32,000 bases of DNA from Caldivirga maquilingensis IC-167. Lineage in GTDB: Archaea > Thermoproteota > Thermoprotei > Thermoproteales > Thermocladiaceae. The DNA is taken from NCBI RefSeq assembly GCF_000018305.1, contig NC_009954.1:30001-62000 (forward strand), in the 5' to 3' direction. The notes under the pieces are model-generated. The model saw nothing but the letters and a program-made list of their open reading frames with translations. It searched no databases and had not been told where the DNA came from. Positions 26,167-32,000 of the stretch are shown piece after piece; the stretch's first letter is position 1, and every line of letters starts with the position of its first letter. The translations under genes were made by a program, and so were the position numbers.

Positions 26167-27486
26167 TTAAGTTAAGGGGTTTGCACCGTTCTCGCTAATA
26201 ATTCTCTCAATCTTATATATTACACTGAATTTATCAATCTCCTCGAACTGTTCATTAACTCTTATGGAACCAACCCTAATTCCCCTTATGTTATTAAGCT
26301 CAAAGTTACTTAACCTCTTAGGCACTGTGACGACTATTCTTCCATTATTATAGTAAATTCTCCTTAATACGGCCAACGTTATTAAGAATCCATCCTTATC
26401 CTCCAAGCCTACTAATAATCCATTTTCCCAATTGGGTTGAAGCAGTACTGCAACACCACCTGGTATGCTTCTAAGCATTGGTTCCTTAACCATACTTGAC
26501 ACCACCATTACCATGTTCTTTAAGGAATCCATGTAAATTGGCTTAACCTTGAGGTAACTTGATATTAATCTAGCTAGGTTACCGTTTAATCCCCTACCGG
26601 TTAAAGGCATGTTAACCACTGGTACTTGAGTTAGGTTAAGGGTTAATTCCCTTGATGGTGACAAGTACCTACCATACCCCATATCCCTGTGTATCTTCCT
26701 ATCATTCCTATCCCTAATTCTCATTGATGGTGGCGCATTGAGAATAAGCATATTGCCTATACCTAATCCATTAATTAAACCATTAACCTCATCACTCTTC
26801 CTCATGATTATGACGTAGTTAGGCTTAATGGCATTAACCAAAGCCCTCTTGTACTCAACAGCCCCCTCACCCTCAACCCATCCATCAGTGTTAATTACAA
26901 TGAAGTCCACTGATTCAATATTCTTTAAGTAATCCACTAGCTTAGCTACCCCGTAAACCGCCCTATACCAATTACCCTCAAGATTAGTTGAGCCTAGGAA
27001 CACCTGCTTCACCGGACTCATGTAGCTTAAGTGAGTTATCTTACCACCCTTGAGTATTGAGCAGGACACAGTGGTGGGGGGTCCTAGGTCATTTTGACCT
27101 GGGTCAGCATCAACCACACCCACCTTTAATCCCATTGATGATGCCTTATTAACAAGTATTGTCGTTATGGTTGTTTTACCGGAATCCATAGCCCCCATCA
27201 CCATTATTACTGAACCCTTTAATCCCATTGATAATTTACTATCCCATTCATCAATCATCTCCTCACCAGCCTTAGGCTTATCCACGAAGCCTCCCGGCCC
27301 AAGGACCACTGATAACTCAGTATCATTAATAGCCTTAGCAACAACCCTCCTAGCCCGTAATATTGTTATTCTTGAACCCTCATCATACTGTGCCCCAAGG
27401 ATGTAGAGTTTGCCTCTTAAAACCTCAATCATTGCGGGTCCTTCTACTCTAACATACTCACCACCATTAAGCTTAACTTGATCCAC
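26167..27486 (-). CDS. Clp1/Grc3-family polynucleotide 5'-hydroxyl kinase
   Basis: 439 aa. The Walker A motif is GAMDSGKTT and is followed by VVDADPGQN (the Clp1 D-x-D-x-G-Q motif). The N-terminal beta domain (VRVEGPAMIEVLRGKLYILG) is typical of archaeal Clp1 homologs. The start is GTG at 27486, with the TATA box ctttttaagg (minus-strand sequence) about 25 nt upstream. Confidence 0.75.
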   Translation of the reverse strand: MDQVKLNGGEYVRVEGPAMIEVLRGKLYILGAQYDEGSRITILRARRVVAKAINDTELSVVLGPGGFVDKPKAGEEMIDEWDSKLSMGLKGSVIMVMGAMDSGKTTITTILVNKASSMGLKVGVVDADPGQNDLGPPTTVSCSILKGGKITHLSYMSPVKQVFLGSTNLEGNWYRAVYGVAKLVDYLKNIESVDFIVINTDGWVEGEGAVEYKRALVNAIKPNYVIIMRKSDEVNGLINGLGIGNMLILNAPPSMRIRDRNDRKIHRDMGYGRYLSPSRELTLNLTQVPVVNMPLTGRGLNGNLARLISSYLKVKPIYMDSLKNMVMVVSSMVKEPMLRSIPGGVAVLLQPNWENGLLVGLEDKDGFLITLAVLRRIYYNNGRIVVTVPKRLSNFELNNIRGIRVGSIRVNEQFEEIDKFSVIYKIERIISENGANPLT

Positions 27487-27723
27487 GCCTCCTATAATAC
27501 ACTACTCCTTAAAAAGACTATTACAATATTTATACTTAACCTCTTACCAATAAGCGCCTCCATCATTTTCACTACCGGCCTTAATCAATAAGCGTATGCA
27601 TGATAATGAATTACCCACTGAAATAATATCTGAACTCTTAACTATAGGATCCCTCTTGAATTACCAGTATTATTCTTTAATGGGCCCGTAACCTTAAAAA
27701 GGGTTATTGAGAATTATATTACA

Positions 27724-28605
27724 ATGCCTGAGGAGAACGAGGAGGAGAGGAGGGAAGAGGAAGCTGAGACTGAGGAGGCAGAGGGTGAGACTGGGGGTGG
27801 TTCAATAGTTCAGGAGAGTGGGGAAAGTGGGGTTGTTTACACATTTACGTTTCCTAAGGGTAGGGATGTTAGGTATGTTTTCCTAAGTCTGGCTCAAGTT
27901 CTAAATGAGGCTTTATTCGTCATGAGTCCTGATGGTATTAGCCTCAAGGCTATTGATTCATCTAAGGTTTCCCTAGTGCTCCTTAACATACCTTCAACAG
28001 CCCTTGAGGAAGTTAACATAACTGACACTGTTAAGGTTGGTGTTCTATTTGATACCATTAAGAAGCTGGCTAAGAGAATTAGGGCTAAGGATAAAGTTGA
28101 CATAGGTGTTGATAAGGGGAGGAACAGGTTCCTAATGATAATATACTATGGTTCTAAGGGGCGGGAAAGCGGTATGTATAGGAAATTCTACTTACCGATT
28201 GTTGATGTTACTCAGGAGGAGATACCGGAGCCGAAGATTGATTACCCTGTTAGGATACGGATGAGCATGGATGCATTCAAGGATGCCTTAACAATGGCTG
28301 AGGACATAAGTGACGCAGTCACATTCACCGTTGACCCAGAGTCATTCACCATAAAGGCCTCCGGTGAGGGGGGTAGGTATTATGAGGTTCAGTATCAAAG
28401 CACTGATGAATCCTTCCAGGAATTCTCAGTGAGTGAGAAGCAGGAGGCGTCCTATTCCCTTGATTACATAATGAACATGAATAGGCAAATGGCCCCAATA
28501 TGTGAATACGTTACCATAGAATTCGCCACTAATAAACCCATTAAGTTAACCTACGAGTTCGCGTCAGGTTCATTAACATACTATGTAGCTCCAAGATCCC
28601 TGTAG
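27724..28605 (+). CDS. pcn: PCNA (DNA polymerase sliding clamp) with a 36-aa acidic N-terminal extension
   Basis: Residues from about 37 to 293 align by eye to PCNA (VFLSLAQVLNEALFVMSPDGISLKAIDSSKVSLVLLNIP). The ATG at 27724 has the TATA box cttaaaaagg at 27693-27702. There is no in-frame ATG, GTG or TTG between the extension and the core fold. Confidence 0.85.
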   Translation: MPEENEEERREEEAETEEAEGETGGGSIVQESGESGVVYTFTFPKGRDVRYVFLSLAQVLNEALFVMSPDGISLKAIDSSKVSLVLLNIPSTALEEVNITDTVKVGVLFDTIKKLAKRIRAKDKVDIGVDKGRNRFLMIIYYGSKGRESGMYRKFYLPIVDVTQEEIPEPKIDYPVRIRMSMDAFKDALTMAEDISDAVTFTVDPESFTIKASGEGGRYYEVQYQSTDESFQEFSVSEKQEASYSLDYIMNMNRQMAPICEYVTIEFATNKPIKLTYEFASGSLTYYVAPRSL

Positions 28606-28662
28606 TGAACTAGGCGACTATAATAGTATTCACTATCCTTTAATGACTCTACACTGGGTATA

Positions 28663-28695
28663 TTATGGTAACGTTACTTTGTGATAATACCATAA
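28663..28695. terminator. Possible hairpin between the convergent pcn gene and the 215-aa ORF
   Basis: TTATGGTA (28663-28670) pairs with TACCATAA (28688-28695). The segment also contains the 10-bp perfect palindrome GTAACGTTAC (28668-28677). Function is unproven. Confidence 0.25.
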
Positions 28696-28721
28696 GGTGT
28701 TGCGTGGTCTAGGCCTTGAAC

Positions 28722-29369
28722 CTACATGCCTAATGCTGAATCAACAAGATCCCTAAATAACATACCGATTTCATATAGCTTAACTGTATCGTAGTGCCTT
28801 GGCCTACTTATTGTAGCTATGTATATGCCGTATTCCTCATGTTCACCCTCATTTGGCCCCGTGGGCTCACCGTAAGGTGAGAAGAGAATGAATGAGGAGA
28901 CTCCGCTATTGATTAAGGAACCAATGGCCTCATCAATAGCTGAGTAAACATCGCATTTAATTAATTGATTACTATGTAGGAACCTATCTGGAGCCGTTAT
29001 GGCTGCTATAACAGGTGTCTTTACTGCTGCATTAATTATAGCATCTACGACTTTATTAACCTCCTCCCTGTATGATGTACCTTGGTCGAGATTAATACTG
29101 TATATGCCGTATGTTGGGTTAGCCACCGGTATGTTAATTAATGTTGACCTGGTTAACTTAACTAAAGGCGCCGCAGAGGGGTCGCTTTGAGTATTATTAG
29201 TGGGCTCCATGTTCAGTATACTCCACCATGATTTATCAGGGTATTGAGGCCTCTTATTCTCAACCACACCCCTATCAACAATATTCATGAGTCTCGGTAA
29301 TGCATTAAGTTCACATTCCGTGAAACTACCGTAACCAATACCGTTTATTCCAAGAAGTATGGGATACAT
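28722..29369 (-). CDS. Hypothetical protein (215 aa); possibly a degenerate alkaline-phosphatase-superfamily fragment (weak)
   Basis: ATG-initiated ORF that begins 9 nt after the thioredoxin stop. The N-terminal ILLGINGIGYGSF...LPRLMNIVDRGVV and C-terminal FILFSPYGEPTG resemble phosphodiesterase/AP-core patterns (DG... and SDHG...), but the metal-ligand residues are substituted. This is a tentative by-eye impression only. Confidence 0.45.
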   Translation of the reverse strand: MYPILLGINGIGYGSFTECELNALPRLMNIVDRGVVENKRPQYPDKSWWSILNMEPTNNTQSDPSAAPLVKLTRSTLINIPVANPTYGIYSINLDQGTSYREEVNKVVDAIINAAVKTPVIAAITAPDRFLHSNQLIKCDVYSAIDEAIGSLINSGVSSFILFSPYGEPTGPNEGEHEEYGIYIATISRPRHYDTVKLYEIGMLFRDLVDSALGM

Positions 29370-29378
29370 TTAACTCAC

Positions 29379-29786
29379 CTAGTCATTGAGGTAAGCCTTA
29401 ATCCTATCTTGAAGAATCTTCTTAGGCACCACACCTATTACCTGGTCGATTGGTTCACCGTTCTTGAAAATTATGACTGTTGGTAGACTCATAACGTAGT
29501 ATTTAGCCGCAATTTCAGGTTCCTCTTCAGTATTAAGTCTACCGAAACCCACATTAGGCATCTCAGCAGCCAGTCTCTTTATTATTGGCTCAAGCATGAA
29601 GCAGGGGGCGCACCAGGTGGCCCAGAAGTCAACTACAGCAACTTCATGAGTCTTAATGAATTCATCAAAGTTACTGCGATTCAACTCCACTACACCACCA
29701 GTATTGTTAACGTTCTTAATCATTTCCCTAGCCTTCCTTTCAAGTAGCTTATCTAATTCAGGGTCTTTGTCAACATCATTAGCCAT
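29379..29786 (-). CDS. trx: Thioredoxin (active site WCAPC)
   Basis: VVDFWATWCAPCFMLEP, MSLPTVIIFKNGEP and the overall Trx-fold order are present. I prefer the ATG at 29786 (MANDVD...) because the TATA box gcttattaaata (minus-strand sequence, 29805-29816) is centred about 24 nt upstream. The longest ORF starts at 29798. Confidence 0.85.
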   Translation of the reverse strand: MANDVDKDPELDKLLERKAREMIKNVNNTGGVVELNRSNFDEFIKTHEVAVVDFWATWCAPCFMLEPIIKRLAAEMPNVGFGRLNTEEEPEIAAKYYVMSLPTVIIFKNGEPIDQVIGVVPKKILQDRIKAYLND

Positions 29787-29825
29787 GAATTCCCCCATGC
29801 CTAGTATTTAATAAGCCTTTTTCCG

Positions 29826-30257
29826 TCAACCACTACCCTTCAGTAATCTATACGCGGCAACACTGTTATTCAGAGCATTATCAACTCCACTTAATGGATT
29901 AGCTGAATTATACTCAGTTAAATTTCCTAACGCATAATTAATGTACGTGCTTAACTGACTTACATTAACGCCGCTGCACTTAGCCTTAGCTAGTTCATTA
30001 ATTAATACGCTGGCATTATTTTTAAGTAGTTGATAAGCATCATAGAATCTTGAGGTACAGCCGTTGACGCATCCATTATATGGTTCACTGTAGTTTAATG
30101 CATTAATAACCTTAAGCATTGTGTACTCAAGGGTGTTAATAAGCCTACTGCATTCATCATTATACCTATGGGTGGGTATGTAAACTATGATTAATGCGAT
30201 AATTAAGGCAATCACAGTCACCAGAATCCAAGCCAACGCACTACGCATCACACTCAT
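29826..30257 (-). CDS. Membrane-anchored (N-terminal TM) Cys-containing extracytoplasmic protein, hypothetical
   Basis: From the ATG at 30257 the sequence is MSVMRSALAWILVTVIALIIALIIVYIPTH (one TM helix), followed by about 110 aa that look helical, with 4 Cys and several N-x-S/T sequons. The track's longer version uses GTG at 30326. Confidence 0.45.
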   Translation of the reverse strand: MSVMRSALAWILVTVIALIIALIIVYIPTHRYNDECSRLINTLEYTMLKVINALNYSEPYNGCVNGCTSRFYDAYQLLKNNASVLINELAKAKCSGVNVSQLSTYINYALGNLTEYNSANPLSGVDNALNNSVAAYRLLKGSG

Positions 30258-30351
30258 TAAGTAGTACCCCTTAATATATGCAGTGGTGCATGAGCTGCAG
30301 TGAATACTGAATAAGCCTGCGGGCACTAGTCATTGATATCATTGAATTTCA

Positions 30352-31539
30352 TTAACCCTCCATCTGCCTATAAAGGTAAGCCTTCTGGGGATTCGTTAAT
30401 TGAAGAAGCGTATTAATTAATTCCCTGACATTATCATTACTTGTACTTAACCCAGCGTACTTAGTTAAAAGTGATTTAACATAGTCAAGTAACCGGGAAT
30501 CAACCCTAACATATGTATCCACTAAATCGAGTAAATACGGGTAACCTGTGTTAGTTGTCTGTGATGATAAGTACCCAACAATGTTAGGTGCACCTATTCC
30601 ACCTAGGTCAAGTACCTCTAGTTTAGTTGCAACAGCAGTTATTGGGGCCTTGTAGAATATGAGTTCCGTGTTCGCTATCTTAGGTATTCCACTTAACCTT
30701 CCCCCATCTCCACTGAAAACCCTCTTCAAATTCTCAACACCCTCACTGAGTCTCCGTTCAGCCTCCTCCCTACTCATACCCCTCTTAATCTCGCAATCCA
30801 TGTAATTAACTTGAAGCCACTGCGGCAGTAAATTACCGTAATTACCTAGGCTAATGTACTCACCCTTATTGAGGAGTAGGCTAGCCATGAGTTTATCATT
30901 TGTTGATAAGCAGTGGCCAGTGTAAATGGAAAGGTACCTTGATCTAACCCTCTTAACGACACCAATTATGGTTGTTCTGGTTTTTTCAGCAAGGTTAAGC
31001 ATTCTCTCTAATACATCCTCAACCCTCCTCCTAACACCCTCATAGGCGGGTAGATTATACGGTAATGGGTGAATGTAAATCTCCCCATCAAGTATTACTA
31101 AGTCTATGTTCTTCCTACCCTGCATCTTATCCTTAAGTAGTTTAATCACCATTTCCCTTTCCCTTATCTTTGACAGTATTTCAATTGACCTACTGATTTC
31201 ACTAGTGTCCTCGTAAAGTATGTCACCTGTAACATACCTATCTGACTTACCTCCAACCTGGCCAACATAACCATAGGCTATTACCGTTAAGACACCTCCA
31301 ACTAACTCAAGTGGTGACGGTGGGAAACTTGAATCTACGGCGTATGCGAAGTACCTGCTTCCACTAATATTGGGTATTGGGCCTATTCTACCTGAGACCT
31401 TGGCCTTAAGTTCATTAACCTCATTCATAACTGAGGTTAAGTTAAGCCTATTAGCAATACTCTTAGCGTCCTCAAATAATGCATTAAGTAGGGGTGGATC
31501 AACCCAGAGGTCTATGGTGAGGTCTTCATTATTAAACAA
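30352..31539 (-). CDS. nurA: NurA 5'-3' nuclease
   Basis: 395 aa with NurA-domain motifs in the canonical order: YAVDSS, LVILDGEIY, IIGVVKRVRS and GYPYLLDLVDTYVRV. The start is TTG at 31539 and is preceded by the Shine-Dalgarno-like AAGGAGGTGAGGTGA (minus-strand sequence, 31541-31555), which contains the herA stop. Confidence 0.8.
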   Translation of the reverse strand: MFNNEDLTIDLWVDPPLLNALFEDAKSIANRLNLTSVMNEVNELKAKVSGRIGPIPNISGSRYFAYAVDSSFPPSPLELVGGVLTVIAYGYVGQVGGKSDRYVTGDILYEDTSEISRSIEILSKIREREMVIKLLKDKMQGRKNIDLVILDGEIYIHPLPYNLPAYEGVRRRVEDVLERMLNLAEKTRTTIIGVVKRVRSRYLSIYTGHCLSTNDKLMASLLLNKGEYISLGNYGNLLPQWLQVNYMDCEIKRGMSREEAERRLSEGVENLKRVFSGDGGRLSGIPKIANTELIFYKAPITAVATKLEVLDLGGIGAPNIVGYLSSQTTNTGYPYLLDLVDTYVRVDSRLLDYVKSLLTKYAGLSTSNDNVRELINTLLQLTNPQKAYLYRQMEG

Positions 31540-31540
31540 T

Positions 31541-32000
31541 TCACCTCACCTCCTTAACCTTAATTAACAATGGTTTCCGTAATGGATTCATTAGACCTGT
31601 TACGAAGAATTCCCTAACACTTAACTGTGTTAATACTGAGTCATTAACATCAGCTAAATCCATGTAGCCACCTAATTCCCTTAAATCACCCTGCGTCGGT
31701 AATCTACTGAAGAACACTGTACCAATATTAGCCCTGACATTGGCGGCGATATCCCTAGCCATTCTTTGACTAGCTAGTATTAGGCTGAGTCCCCATTTTC
31801 TACCCTCCCTTGATGTTGTCTCTATTGGATCCTTGCATATTGTCCATGAGTCCTCAGGCACGTAATTCTGGGCCTCATCAATTATGAAGACTAACCTAGC
31901 TGGTACATTGATTTCACCGCGCTTAACCATGTCCCATGCCTCACTTATAACATCAGCAACAATTGCCTGTTTAACAACTAAGTCAGTGTCTTGACTCATA
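31541..32000 (-). CDS. herA: HerA (FtsK/HerA-type hexameric ATPase/helicase), C-terminal part (the gene runs off the right edge of the window)
   Basis: The Walker B context is LVFIIDEAQNYVP, followed by SREGRKWGLSLILASQR and GTVFFSRL, as in HerA/DUF87 ATPases. The Walker A motif must lie beyond the window. The ATG at 31999 is only the first Met inside the window. Confidence 0.8.
   Translation of the reverse strand, partial: MSQDTDLVVKQAIVADVISEAWDMVKRGEINVPARLVFIIDEAQNYVPEDSWTICKDPIETTSREGRKWGLSLILASQRMARDIAANVRANIGTVFFSRLPTQGDLRELGGYMDLADVNDSVLTQLSVREFFVTGLMNPLRKPLLIKVKEVR

Noticed and set aside
27597-27633. Possible C/D-box sRNA (ATGATAA ... CTGA ... CTGA)
   Set aside because: The C box is imperfect (UGAUAA instead of UGAUGA). 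There is no C' box and no terminal stem. The unit is only about 35 nt, too short for a canonical archaeal C/D RNA. I kept it only as a remark within the spacer finding.
1-32000. Search for CRISPR arrays, tRNA/rRNA genes, IS elements or transposases, integrases, toxin-antitoxin pairs and classic defence genes
   Set aside because: I saw no regularly spaced direct repeats, no tRNA-like T-arm or acceptor patterns, no transposase or integrase-like ORFs, and no long terminal inverted repeats. GC content varies between genes (highly expressed genes are GC-richer), but there is no sharp island boundary. This was a visual scan and cannot exclude small RNAs.

Overview
The window looks like an ordinary chromosomal, mostly housekeeping segment of a crenarchaeon. 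It resembles Thermoproteales, and the AT-rich composition suggests Caldivirga or Vulcanisaeta, but that is a guess I cannot verify. Lineage markers are Rpo8/RpoG, SmAP3, a group II chaperonin, HerA-NurA, FEN1 and PCNA. TATA boxes sit about 25 nt upstream of start codons, which implies leaderless mRNAs, and GTG/TTG starts are common.

I support about 32 protein-coding genes:
- a truncated APC permease at the left edge, which is missing from the ORF track
- a purine block: a COG2509-type FAD protein, purA, purB and two tandem purP genes
- a gamma-carbonic-anhydrase-like protein
- archaeosine tRNA-guanine transglycosylase (ArcTGT) coupled to SmAP3
- Rpo8, a thermosome subunit and an MTH1-like Nudix hydrolase
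- a split archaeal-type glutamate synthase, and RidA
- an HTH_10 regulator next to an orphan membrane-anchored solute-binding glycoprotein
- a NifX-like protein, a bifunctional-nuclease-domain protein and HtrA
- FEN1, a Clp1-like polynucleotide kinase and PCNA
- thioredoxin, NurA and the 3' part of herA
- several proteins I cannot assign

I found no rRNA, tRNA, CRISPR array, IS element or obvious defence island.

Nothing here is a clear-cut new system. The best candidates for undescribed biology are:
- the 454-aa unknown protein abutting HtrA
- the 281-aa unknown protein divergent from a His-tailed NifX-like gene with a repeat-flanked promoter
- the unassigned genes downstream of HerA-NurA (a Cys-rich membrane protein, a WCAPC thioredoxin and a 215-aa protein)
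- a PCNA with a 36-residue poly-acidic N-terminal tail
- an ArcTGT that lacks its zinc-binding Cys triad
- a recurrent AATTGATTA/TGATTA element in the promoters of the purine genes

All family calls come from motif recognition by eye. No database search was run.
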